From a virus (Duplodnaviria; Caudoviricetes), in IMG/VR virus record IMGVR_UViG_3300008252_000138, positions 1 to 43,843 of that record: a DNA stretch of 43,843 bases; one strand, 5' to 3'. Both the position numbers and the translations under genes were made by a program. The notes below the pieces were generated by a model. The model saw only the letters and a list, made by a program, of their open reading frames with translations, ran no database searches and was not told the origin of the DNA. Positions 27,167 to 35,526 of the stretch are shown here, piece after piece (position 1 is the first letter of the stretch; every line of letters starts with the position of its first letter).

Positions 27167-28212
27167 GCTGCCTCCCTGCTCTGCTCCGGCGCGACCGGAA
27201 ACACCGCAACCGCGTCAAACTCCAACGCCAGCGCCTCGGCCTGCACCCGGCCCGGGTTATCGCCGTTGGCCTTGGGGTCATCATCACCGGCTATCACCAA
27301 CTGCGCGTGCGGGTAGCGCTCACGAATACCGCGGGCAATGTGCGCCATGTTGCCCAGGTCCACACACATGATCGTCGGCCACTGCGTCGCCTGGTACACG
27401 CTGCAGGCCGTCGCGTAACCCTCGGCCAGCGCGATCACCGGCATATCATCCGACCGGCCAACCCAATGGCAGCAACCCTGCTTGCGCGCAAACTTCGGGA
27501 ACAGCTTGGTGCCATTGCCGTTAATGCTCTGGTGGCTCCACACGGTGCCGTCCAGATCGGCCAGCGGAATCAGAATGTCACCCGGCCCGTACTTGCGGAA
27601 TGAAAGGTGGTCTGGCGTTGGCTTCGGCAGCGCCCCGAAGAACTGGCCGATACTCTCCCCGGTCCAAATCTCACATACCCCGCGCTTGTCGTCCGTCACC
27701 ATCAGCACCGGCTGCGTCACAAAGCGCACCCCGAATGCCGGCGCCTGCTTGCGCTCCAGGTACGCAGACTTACCCCGCGCCTTCGTAAACTCAGACAACA
27801 GGCGAACAGTTGCAGCCTGGATCTGCTGCTGCATGTTCGCCTTGCGCTCTTCATCGGCCAGCACCTCAGCCTCACGCTGCTTGCGGCGGGCCTCCTGCTC
27901 CGCGCGCTGGCGGCGCTTTTCTTCAGCGGTCAGGCTCTGCTTGCGCGGCTTCCAACCCCGCTCCTTTGCCAGATGGATAACGGTACCGATACCCGTCTTC
28001 CCGCGCTTGCAGCTCTTCCAGACCGACTTAGCATCGGCTGCCTTGTATGAGTCGCCGTTCTGGCTCCAGCTGTTCCAATCATCAAACCCAGCCTCACCAA
28101 ACTCGGACTTAACGCCCATGGCCACCTGCACCCAGGTCTCGCGGTCATGTGCATCGATATGGGCCAGCAGCCCCGGCAGGTCATCGAGAGTAATATCGGG
28201 CAGATCAGCCAT
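27163..28212 (-). CDS. Primase: PriCT-2 domain plus Toprim
   Basis: RETWVQVAMGVK..FDDWNSWS (PriCT-2); AEGYATA and IAGDDD (Toprim). Confidence 0.88.
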   Translation of the reverse strand: MADLPDITLDDLPGLLAHIDAHDRETWVQVAMGVKSEFGEAGFDDWNSWSQNGDSYKAADAKSVWKSCKRGKTGIGTVIHLAKERGWKPRKQSLTAEEKRRQRAEQEARRKQREAEVLADEERKANMQQQIQAATVRLLSEFTKARGKSAYLERKQAPAFGVRFVTQPVLMVTDDKRGVCEIWTGESIGQFFGALPKPTPDHLSFRKYGPGDILIPLADLDGTVWSHQSINGNGTKLFPKFARKQGCCHWVGRSDDMPVIALAEGYATACSVYQATQWPTIMCVDLGNMAHIARGIRERYPHAQLVIAGDDDPKANGDNPGRVQAEALALEFDAVAVFPVAPEQSREAA

Positions 28213-28933
28213 GCTGCGCCCCCTTGATCACCTCGAACTCAACCACCCAGACCCAGGGATTTGCGTCCCAGCTCTCATCGCCGTTGATACTGCACCAGAG
28301 GTCGATAAACCCCATGCGAGATGCACGTGGCGCCAACTTCTTTAGCTTCACAGTAAGAGGGCGCGCGCCCTCGGCTTGTGCCTGCTCTTCGCTGATGTCA
28401 TGAAGGCGCTCAACGCGCACGGCGGTGATTTCCAGCTGGATACGGCTGGCCCAGCGCGGCATGTGGATTGATGGCCGCCATCTGCCTTCTGCCCCTGATA
28501 TCAAGTCCTCATACCACGCAGCGAAGTGATAGCCTTTCACGCGCTCATCGTCGTAGTTGAAAGCACCGTGATCGTCGAGAAAGCTCAGCTCTTCCATCAG
28601 GTCGCGAACGTCGCCGTCAGCTCGGTAGGCAATACCAGGAGCACCGGAAAGGTTCACATCAGCCCACGTCTCGCGCACCCACAGCCGATCGCCTGGCTGG
28701 CCGTATGGGCAGGGGATGATGTCCACCTCCGGAAAGTCCGTGTGCTCGCCTCGGCGGATAAAAACGCCAAACTTGTCTTTGTGCGGGTGCTTGCTGGTGA
28801 TTCGCCCGTAGCCTCCGGTGAACCTCCAATCGTTAGCCGGCTGCGGCTTCACCACCCGCCGCGTCACCGTCTTCCGGCCGTCCAGAATCGCGCTGACCAT
28901 CTCACCACTGAACAGAATCGGACGCTCAAGCAC
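28205..28933 (-). CDS. ASCH/PUA-like phage protein
   Basis: ERPILFSGEMVSAILDGRKTVTRR, GDRLWVRETW, WRPSIHMPRWASRI and WDANPWVWVVEF; native GTG at 28933. Confidence 0.85.
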   Translation of the reverse strand: MLERPILFSGEMVSAILDGRKTVTRRVVKPQPANDWRFTGGYGRITSKHPHKDKFGVFIRRGEHTDFPEVDIIPCPYGQPGDRLWVRETWADVNLSGAPGIAYRADGDVRDLMEELSFLDDHGAFNYDDERVKGYHFAAWYEDLISGAEGRWRPSIHMPRWASRIQLEITAVRVERLHDISEEQAQAEGARPLTVKLKKLAPRASRMGFIDLWCSINGDESWDANPWVWVVEFEVIKGAQHG

Positions 28934-29170
28934 GGCCCACCCCCTTATGCTCGCGGATCGCCTGGCAATGCACACAGCACTCAACCCCCGGCAGCGCCTC
29001 GCGCCGCTTGAGGGGAATGGCTTCATCACAGTCGAGGCAGTACGGGTGGTCGATAGCGGGCCGCGAGGCTTTCTGGAGGCGGGCCGCGAGGCTTTCTGGA
29101 GGCGGGCCGCGAGGGCATCATCGAGCATCTGCTGGGCGCGGTCGCTGCCCAGGTCGCAAGCATCAGCCAT
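28926..29170 (-). pseudogene. TraR/DksA C4 zinc-finger gene frameshifted by a 23-bp tandem duplication
   Basis: Removing one repeat unit gives MADACD...YCLDC-x17-CVHC (73 aa). Confidence 0.85.
29056..29114. repeat. 23-bp tandem repeat, about 2.6 copies
   Basis: GCGGGCCGCGAGGCTTTCTGGAG twice, then GCGGGCCGCGAGG. Confidence 0.95.
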
Positions 29171-29405
29171 GGTCTGCACCTCCCATTTCTGCCAGCGCCT
29201 GCTCCAGCGTTACCACGTCAACGCGGCGGCGCACGGCAGCGGTCAATACGCTCTCATCGTTGGTCAGCATCAGGTCGCCTTCGCCTGTCAGGTCGCCCAC
29301 CTTCCAATCGTCAACCACACGCACGCAGCCGTAGTGCTTGCGCAGCGCCTCGGCGTGTCTGGTCTTACCTGCGCCCTGCGGGGCGTACAAAATCAGCATG
29401 CTCAT
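29163..29405 (-). CDS. Small P-loop-containing phage protein
   Basis: ILYAPQGAGKT, VVDDW; 80 aa. Confidence 0.75.
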   Translation of the reverse strand: MSMLILYAPQGAGKTRHAEALRKHYGCVRVVDDWKVGDLTGEGDLMLTNDESVLTAAVRRRVDVVTLEQALAEMGGADHG

Positions 29406-29887
29406 GGCTCCACCCCCTCTTCCATCGCCTGCCGCGCGCCGGCCACGATGCCCAGCACCTGCCCGATCAACAGCCGCGCGTGGTATTCCAGATCGGCGAC
29501 CTCATGAGCCTCCCAGCGCCCGTCGTCGGCACCGGCATGCAGGCTGCCAACAAACTTGCCCTCTTCCTCAAGCATCTTGCCCAAGGCCTTGAGCGCGGGC
29601 TTAGTGGCGGGCACTGGCTGAGGGGTGAAAGCAACAGCCCCCGCACTGCGCACCAGCGCAGCGGTCAGGCGAGGGTCTTGCGTATGCGAGAGAATGTCCT
29701 CGATCCACTCCGGCGCGATTGGCCGGCGGTTGTTCGGGTTGAGGGCTTTTTGCAGGGCGTCTGGGTCGATGCCCATTTCCAACGCAACGGCAGTGATGCC
29801 GCCTCTGGCGTCACGGCAAGCGCGATACAGCGCGGCCCTGAGTGACAGCACCGGCCCGGCGTCCGGCAGCAAGTCTTTACGGCTCAT
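29402..29887 (-). CDS. Phage regulatory protein, CII family
   Basis: GGITAVALEMG..L.KALNP HTH, DDGRWE..E; located downstream of cro. Confidence 0.8.
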   Translation of the reverse strand: MSRKDLLPDAGPVLSLRAALYRACRDARGGITAVALEMGIDPDALQKALNPNNRRPIAPEWIEDILSHTQDPRLTAALVRSAGAVAFTPQPVPATKPALKALGKMLEEEGKFVGSLHAGADDGRWEAHEVADLEYHARLLIGQVLGIVAGARQAMEEGVEP

Positions 29888-29946
29888 CGGTCTTATTTCC
29901 CCTTTAACGCCGTAGCCAAGGGGCGCAGGGGCGCTTATCCTTGGTC

Positions 29947-30205
29947 TACAGCAGTCGCCGGCCCCTTTGCACTGGCTGTGTCGGGGGCCTGACTGTTGTA
30001 CGGTGAGCGGTGTGGTAGCTGCTCACCAACCCCGTCAGGGCCTTGGGTCTTCCGTGGTAGGTGGTCCCTTGGCTCTGACACCTATTCAGCCAGTCGCAAC
30101 GCGGCTGGCTTTGTTTCTTGCTCTGTGCCGGTAGCGGTCTGCTGGTGAGGCTCCCGCTACCGGCTCCCGCCGTGCTTGAGTTGGCTGTGTCCGGCGGGTG
30201 TTTCT
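29947..30205 (+). ncRNA. Candidate antisense hairpin-array RNA between cII and cro
   Basis: Six consecutive stem-loops; G-U pairs in four stems work only on the plus strand; loops carry GTGGTAG(GTGG) and TGGCTGTGTC. Confidence 0.6.
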
Positions 30206-30208
30206 CTA

Positions 30209-30445
30209 TTAGGCGGCTGCTGGTTCGGCAGGCTGATTGCGCAGATAGCCCCAATCGATATCGGGCCGGATATCCTCGCAGCGAACGGCTCCGTCGCTGG
30301 CCATGTCGATCCGGATTGCGAGTTCAGCACTTGCCCGCCGACCGTACGCAACCTGCCTGATCTGGCCCGGAGTGCTGCGGCACTTGAGCGCAAATGCCTC
30401 AAGCGCGGCGGCCTTCATGGGCTTGATGTAATCCAGCAGGTTCAT
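30209..30445 (-). CDS. Cro/YdaS-like repressor
   Basis: 78-aa HTH with C-terminal IRPDIDWGYL; divergent from CI. Confidence 0.88.
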   Translation of the reverse strand: MNLLDYIKPMKAAALEAFALKCRSTPGQIRQVAYGRRASAELAIRIDMASDGAVRCEDIRPDIDWGYLRNQPAEPAAA

Positions 30446-30481
30446 AACGTTGGCTCGCTTAGGTTGATCTTGAGCGATTTT

Positions 30482-30534
30482 GTTACCTCAAGGTAACTAA
30501 TGTCAACACCTTTAGGTCAATTACTTTTTTGTAC
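30482..30534. promoter_or_regulatory. Right operator/promoter region
   Basis: GTTACCTCAAGGTAAC palindrome at 30482-30497; ACC-TTTA-GGT at 30508-30517; minus-strand TTGACA at 30501-30506. Confidence 0.7.
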
Positions 30535-30555
30535 AAACAGGCGCACAATTTCCGC

Positions 30556-31314
30556 ATGGACGTACAAGCGATTCGGCGAGCCAATCTGGCAGCCCTCATA
30601 GACTCAAGATTCGGCGGCGTGCAGAGCGCGCTGGCGGAAGCAATTGACCGCTCCCCCAGCTACATCAATCGCTGCCTGCTCCCAGACGATCACAAGAACC
30701 ACAAACCACTGGGCGAGAAGTTCGCCCGGCACGTTGAGCGCGAACTCGGCATGCTGCCCGGCGCTCTGGATGTACCCACCGGTATGGACAACCCCGAGCG
30801 CCGCTCATTTCTGGCGGTTGCTACCGACCACCGCGCTGAATACGAACTCTCCCCGGTCGAAACATGGAGTGACGACACCCCCCTCGGTGAAGACGAGGTG
30901 GAGCTACCGTTCTACAAGGAAGTTGAAATGTCTGCTGGCAAAGGATCCGAAGTCAGGATTGAAGACCACGGCCGCAAGCTGCGCTTTGGCAAGCGCACCC
31001 TCAGCCGCAAGAACATCATTCCCGAGTGCGCAGCCTGCGCCACGGTCACCGGCAACAGCATGGAACCGGTCCTGCCCGACGGCACCACAGTAGGCATCAA
31101 CACCGGCATAACCAGCATCAAGGACGGGCAGATGTATGCCATCGACCACGACGGCCAGCTGCGAGTAAAGGTTTTATACCGTCGCCCTGGCAATGGAATC
31201 CGCCTGCACAGCTACAACGATACCGAGCACCCAGACGAGATATACGAGGCAGATTACGTAGCAGATAAGATCCGCATCATCGGCCAGGTATTTTGGTACT
31301 CAGTCTTACTTTGA
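30556..31314 (+). CDS. CI-like repressor with S24 autopeptidase
   Basis: N-terminal HTH; SAG cleavage site, GNSMEP (Ser), RVKVL (Lys), IIGQVFW. Confidence 0.93.
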   Translation: MDVQAIRRANLAALIDSRFGGVQSALAEAIDRSPSYINRCLLPDDHKNHKPLGEKFARHVERELGMLPGALDVPTGMDNPERRSFLAVATDHRAEYELSPVETWSDDTPLGEDEVELPFYKEVEMSAGKGSEVRIEDHGRKLRFGKRTLSRKNIIPECAACATVTGNSMEPVLPDGTTVGINTGITSIKDGQMYAIDHDGQLRVKVLYRRPGNGIRLHSYNDTEHPDEIYEADYVADKIRIIGQVFWYSVLL

Positions 31315-31322
31315 CCTTTTTT

Positions 31323-31364
31323 TACCAAAAGGTATTGATTAAACCTTTTACTTAAAGGTACATT
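31323..31364 (+). promoter_or_regulatory. Left operator/promoter of the early operon
   Basis: TACC-AAAA-GGTA at 31323-31334 and TACT-TAAA-GGTA at 31349-31360 match the right operators; TTGATT...TACATT promoter-like elements. Confidence 0.7.
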
Positions 31365-31399
31365 TGTGTTGAACCCACCTACCACACAGGTTCAACACA

Positions 31400-31594
31400 A
31401 TGCAGACACAGCCAAGCAACACCTGCAGGGTATACCTGCACCCCACAGCGGCCAGTAATCCGGCCACTATCGCAGCCATCACAGCCCGCACCGGCATGGC
31501 CATCGTTATCGGTGGCAACCGCCGTGGGGCAGCCCTGCGCCCTTCGCGCCCCGCCGACGACCTCGGCCCATGGGACGGAGGGTCAGCCGCGTGA
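31400..31594 (+). CDS. First early gene, hypothetical
   Basis: 64 aa; start lies at the base of the 31365-31399 hairpin; GTGA-coupled to the next gene. Confidence 0.7.
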   Translation: MQTQPSNTCRVYLHPTAASNPATIAAITARTGMAIVIGGNRRGAALRPSRPADDLGPWDGGSAA

Positions 31595-31866
31595 ACAAGC
31601 TCACCGCCAACAGCCAGCGCCTGCTGGTTCACCAAATCAAAAGCCGCGGCTCCTTCCTCGTTGTGCTCCAGCAGCCCAACGGCGAGCGCGTGCGCGCCAA
31701 GCTGGAAACCCAGCACGATGGCCAGCGCATCAACCTCACCCTGCGCGCCTGCGGCACCGTCAACAGCACCACGCTACCACTGGTGCAAGCTGACAGAACC
31801 CTCAAGCACCGCGCCCAACGCTGGATCGAAGACTGCGCCAATGGCCGGCTGGAGCGTGCAGCGTGA
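31591..31866 (+). CDS. Early hypothetical protein
   Basis: GTG start with GGAGG SD, coupled. Confidence 0.7.
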   Translation: MNKLTANSQRLLVHQIKSRGSFLVVLQQPNGERVRAKLETQHDGQRINLTLRACGTVNSTTLPLVQADRTLKHRAQRWIEDCANGRLERAA

Positions 31867-32108
31867 GCCGGGAAGAACAGCGGAAAGTGGCTCTCAGAGC
31901 AATAGCCCGCATGCTGGAACAAGTTCGCCGCCCCAAAAGCTTCGACCTTGGCGAGTATGGGCACCTCGGCGGCCTGATCAATATGGCGGCCTTCCTGGGC
32001 GTGATCGACTTCTCTGAGGCTACCCGACTGGTTGAGCTCAAGAGCAACGCAGGGGATTACGCCGCCCGCGATTACCGAGCAGAACAGGAGGCTACCCATG
32101 CCGCGTGA
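31863..32108 (+). CDS. Early hypothetical protein
   Basis: 81 aa, GTGA-coupled. Confidence 0.7.
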   Translation: MSREEQRKVALRAIARMLEQVRRPKSFDLGEYGHLGGLINMAAFLGVIDFSEATRLVELKSNAGDYAARDYRAEQEATHAA

Positions 32109-32382
32109 ATTCGACCTGGGCCAAGCAGCCAAAGCGCTCGGCACCGGGCGCACCCGCCTGTGCCGCGAACTGAAGGCCCGCAAAATCCTTGACCAGTTCA
32201 ACCTGCCCAACAACCAGAGCGACATCGAGGCCGGGCGCTTCCGCGTGTGCCTCAAGTCGCACAACGGCAACCCGCAGCTTAACAACGGCAACGGCGTCAC
32301 CTACGCCAAAACCTACGTCACCGAGAAGGGCCTGCGCTGGCTGGCCGGCCTGCTGGGCGTGCAGATTGAGGAGGCCGCATGA
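32098..32382 (+). CDS. Antirepressor KilAC (ANT)-domain protein
   Basis: AAKALGTGRTRL..L...KIL, N.P....IEAGRF and KTYVTEKGLRWL motifs. Confidence 0.85.
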   Translation: MPREFDLGQAAKALGTGRTRLCRELKARKILDQFNLPNNQSDIEAGRFRVCLKSHNGNPQLNNGNGVTYAKTYVTEKGLRWLAGLLGVQIEEAA

Positions 32383-32753
32383 TCAACAAGACCTCCACCA
32401 ACCCGCTGCCGCTGATCTCCGACACCATCGGCGCGATCAAGCTGCTGCAGCTGCACCTGCAACACCCCAGCTATGTGGACACCAAGCAGGCCAGCAAGGC
32501 GGCAGACGACGCCCTGCAGCGCCTGTTCCTGCTGGACGACAAAGCCCTGCGCCTGGCAGAAGCCCTGCACCTGGGCATTGCCCGCTTCCCGCACCCGCTG
32601 AGCGTCAGCGTGGGGCTGTCTGGTCGCGATCTGGACATGCTGCAGATCACCGTCATGGACGGCGAGCACGTCATGCGCACCATCCAGGCGAAGACTGTCG
32701 AAGGCCTGCGCGAACTGCTCGCCCTGGGCGACCTGTCACCGGAGGCAGCATGA
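32379..32753 (+). CDS. Early hypothetical protein
   Basis: 124 aa, ATGA-coupled. Confidence 0.7.
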   Translation: MINKTSTNPLPLISDTIGAIKLLQLHLQHPSYVDTKQASKAADDALQRLFLLDDKALRLAEALHLGIARFPHPLSVSVGLSGRDLDMLQITVMDGEHVMRTIQAKTVEGLRELLALGDLSPEAA

Positions 32754-32998
32754 CCACCGCCACCCTGGCACAGCTGCAGCGCCGCTACACGCTGCCGTAT
32801 CTCACCCTGAGCGAACTGCGGGCCGAGCACTTCCCGCACATTCGCACAGACCGCCACCTGCGCCGGCTGATCGACACCGGCGAGCTGAAGATCACGCTCC
32901 AGCGGCTGCACGAATCCAAACGCAGCCCGCTGGTCGTCACCCTGGAAGAGCTGGCCCGATACCTCGACGCCCAGCTCCAACGGGCCAACGCCGCCTAA
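32750..32998 (+). CDS. Pyocin activator PrtN-family protein
   Basis: TLAQLQRRY...LSELRAEHFPHI...SKRSPLVVTLEELARYLD; ATG at 32750 with GGAGG SD. Confidence 0.75.
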   Translation: MTTATLAQLQRRYTLPYLTLSELRAEHFPHIRTDRHLRRLIDTGELKITLQRLHESKRSPLVVTLEELARYLDAQLQRANAA

Positions 32999-33024
32999 GC
33001 GGCACACAACCAGAGGAAGCACCA

Positions 33025-33369
33025 ATGAAACCTACCGACCCGGGCGAGTTCATCGCCAGCTTGAACGCCGGCGTACTCGCCAACCAGATGGGCATGGCCC
33101 TGTCGCACGTCGCCGCCGGCGTCGTTGAGCACGGCAAGAAGGGCAAAGTCACCCTCACGCTTGAGCTGAGCCAGATCGGCGACAGCCACCAGGTGAAAGT
33201 GGCCCACAAGCTGGACTTTACCGAGCCAACCAAGCGCGGCAGCAAGCGTGAAGACACTGCCACCGAGACGCCGTTCTTCGTCACTGCCAACGGCCTGCAG
33301 CTGTTCGCAGACAACCCCAGCGGCCAACTGTTTAGCAAGCAGGACGCCCCGGTCGTCGCCCGCGACTGA
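33025..33369 (+). CDS. Conserved phage protein, usual partner of DUF2303
   Basis: VAAGVVEHGKKGKVTLTL..HKLDF..PTKRG..TP.FV. Confidence 0.8.
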   Translation: MKPTDPGEFIASLNAGVLANQMGMALSHVAAGVVEHGKKGKVTLTLELSQIGDSHQVKVAHKLDFTEPTKRGSKREDTATETPFFVTANGLQLFADNPSGQLFSKQDAPVVARD

Positions 33370-33410
33370 CCGCCAGCAGCACCAATCCACCTACCACAAG
33401 GAAAGACCTA

Positions 33411-34229
33411 ATGCTGACAGCAGAAACACTCAAGCAAATCACAGACGCCGCCAACGTCGCCTACGGCAAGCCGCTGGAGTCGTTCACTCCCGCACTGCTG
33501 GTTCCTGATAGCTACTCGCTGAAGAACATCGAGCATCTGCAAGAGTTCCGCAGTCGCTTCCGCGGGCAACTGCGCACCGAATCCATCGCCGACTTCTGCA
33601 AGTACGTCAAAGAGCACCGCGTAGAAACCTTCGCCACCATCGGATTCGTAGACGCAGAGCGCATGGCCTGCAATGTCATCTTCAATCTCGGCCACATCGA
33701 AGAGCCAGGCCACGGTGACGACGAAGCGCTGCTGCAGCTCAAGCCCACCGCTGCGTTCAAGGCCATGAAGCAGATCGCCGGCGAACACCTCGGCCAGACC
33801 AAACTGGCCGAATGGATGGAGGACTGGCACGGCAACCTGGTCGTGATCGACGCCAACGGCGAGAAGATGGAAGTCGCCGATGCCGTACAGAAGATCCGCA
33901 CCATCACCATCACTGCGAAGGCAGAGCGCACCAGCTCCGAGAGCAACTTCGGTACCAGCCGCAGTGCGATGGACTCCATTGAAGCCAAGCACGCCGAGAA
34001 GCAGCCGGCCGAACTGCACTTCACCACTGTGCCGTATGAGGGCCTTGCAGCACGCACCTTCATCCTGCGGATCAGCATCCGCACCGGCGAGAAGCCAACG
34101 CTGATGCCCCGCTGGGCCATGCAGGAACAGAACGAAGAAGACATGGCGCAGGAGTTTAAGCAAGTACTACTGAACGAGCTGAGCGAAGTCGCAGACCTCA
34201 CCGTCGGCACCTTCGCCATCGTCAAGTAA
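33411..34229 (+). CDS. DUF2303 (YfdQ-like) protein
   Basis: RFRGQLRTESIADF, PGHGD, LAEWMEDW and F...PYEGL motifs. Confidence 0.85.
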   Translation: MLTAETLKQITDAANVAYGKPLESFTPALLVPDSYSLKNIEHLQEFRSRFRGQLRTESIADFCKYVKEHRVETFATIGFVDAERMACNVIFNLGHIEEPGHGDDEALLQLKPTAAFKAMKQIAGEHLGQTKLAEWMEDWHGNLVVIDANGEKMEVADAVQKIRTITITAKAERTSSESNFGTSRSAMDSIEAKHAEKQPAELHFTTVPYEGLAARTFILRISIRTGEKPTLMPRWAMQEQNEEDMAQEFKQVLLNELSEVADLTVGTFAIVK

Positions 34230-34302
34230 CCACCTACCACAGCAGCCAACCCGGCGGCGCGCCAACCACGCCAGCGCCGCCGGGCGCAGGGAGACACAGC
34301 CA

Positions 34303-34797
34303 ATGACCGAACCAACCACCCTCACCGCCATCCACTACCTGGGCGCCGCCATCCTCGTCCTGATTGCCCTGCTGGCCATCGCCTGCTGGTGGGCCTATGA
34401 CGCATTTGAGCGCGGCAGCAGCATGGGCCGAGCCGAACTCAGCAAGCTGCGCGCAGGCATGAACTCGGCAAACCGCAACAACAACGACCTACGCCGCGAG
34501 ACAGTCAGCCTCAAGAACCAGCTGGAGCGCATCAAGTCGGACTACGCCCAGGCGCTGGAACAGCAGCAGCTGAACCATGAACAGGAACTGCAAGCCCTGC
34601 GCGCCCAGCTCACGCCCCTCAGCGAACGCGACATCACGACCATCCAGCAGATGGCCGAAAAGCTCAACCTCAGCTCGCCCGCGCTCCACGCCGCCGGCCA
34701 CTTCCGCGAAGCCAAGCAGGCCAAGAACCTTGCCTCCAGCGGCTTCCGCATCGTCGACGACCTCAACCGCGCCCGCGCCACGCAGGAGGCAGCATGA
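34303..34797 (+). CDS. Membrane-anchored coiled-coil hypothetical protein
   Basis: N-terminal TM helix followed by a heptad-rich region. Confidence 0.75.
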   Translation: MTEPTTLTAIHYLGAAILVLIALLAIACWWAYDAFERGSSMGRAELSKLRAGMNSANRNNNDLRRETVSLKNQLERIKSDYAQALEQQQLNHEQELQALRAQLTPLSERDITTIQQMAEKLNLSSPALHAAGHFREAKQAKNLASSGFRIVDDLNRARATQEAA

Positions 34798-34997
34798 CAG
34801 GCCAAGCCATCCGCACCCGGCAAGAGCTGATGCAGCAACACGCTGCCCACGCCGCCAACATCGCCCTGCTGCTGCGCACCCCGCCCGAGGGCGAAGCCGC
34901 TCGCTTTCGCCGGCAAAAGACAATCGACAACCTGCGCAACCAGATGCTGGATATCGACATCCAGCTGATGCGCGAAGAATGCGCAGAGGGGGCCTGA
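34794..34997 (+). CDS. Hypothetical protein
   Basis: 67 aa, ATGA-coupled. Confidence 0.65.
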   Translation: MTGQAIRTRQELMQQHAAHAANIALLLRTPPEGEAARFRRQKTIDNLRNQMLDIDIQLMREECAEGA

Positions 34998-34998
34998 C

Positions 34999-35526
34999 AT
35001 GACGTGGATCATCACCGCCAGCGGTCGCCGCTTCGACCTGCTGAACCCTCAGCCTGACGCTATCGCACCACGCGATATCGCATTCAGCTTGGCCAAAATC
35101 TGCCGCTTCAACGGTCACTGCACAGGCCACTACTCCGTTGCCGAACACAGCCTGCGAGTCGCCGAACTGGTCGCGCCAGAGCACAAGCTCGCCGCCCTGC
35201 TGCACGACGCAACCGAGGCATATGTTGGCGACATGGTCAGCCCACTGAAACAGATGCTGCCGGCCTACCAACAGATCGAGCAGCGCATTTGGCACGTCAT
35301 CTGTGACCGTTTCGGGATCAACCCAACGCTGCCGGACGAAGTGCACCAGGCTGACCTGACAATGCTCGCCACCGAGCGCCGAGACCTGATGCCAGCCCAC
35401 CCAGACGAGTGGGCCTGCCTTGCAGGCATCACCCCGGCCAGCGGAACCATCAAGCCACTCAGCGCCATCCACGCTCGATTCCAGTATGAACAGGCTCTGC
35501 TCGAAGTGCTTGGAGGTGACCTGTGA
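34999..35526 (+). CDS. HD-domain phosphohydrolase (YfdR-like nucleotidase)
   Basis: CRFNGH..YSVAEHS, ALLHDATEAYVGD and ADLTMLATERRDL motifs. Confidence 0.9.
   Translation: MTWIITASGRRFDLLNPQPDAIAPRDIAFSLAKICRFNGHCTGHYSVAEHSLRVAELVAPEHKLAALLHDATEAYVGDMVSPLKQMLPAYQQIEQRIWHVICDRFGINPTLPDEVHQADLTMLATERRDLMPAHPDEWACLAGITPASGTIKPLSAIHARFQYEQALLEVLGGDL

Noticed and set aside
28205-29179. 324-aa ORF as a native single gene
   Set aside because: Results from the 23-bp duplication joining the TraR N-terminus to the ASCH gene, which has its own GTG start and SD
29946-30402. ORFs 29946-30254, 30118-30360 and 30157-30402 in the cro-cII spacer
   Set aside because: No SD, they overlap cro, and their composition is not protein-like; the region is better explained as structured RNA
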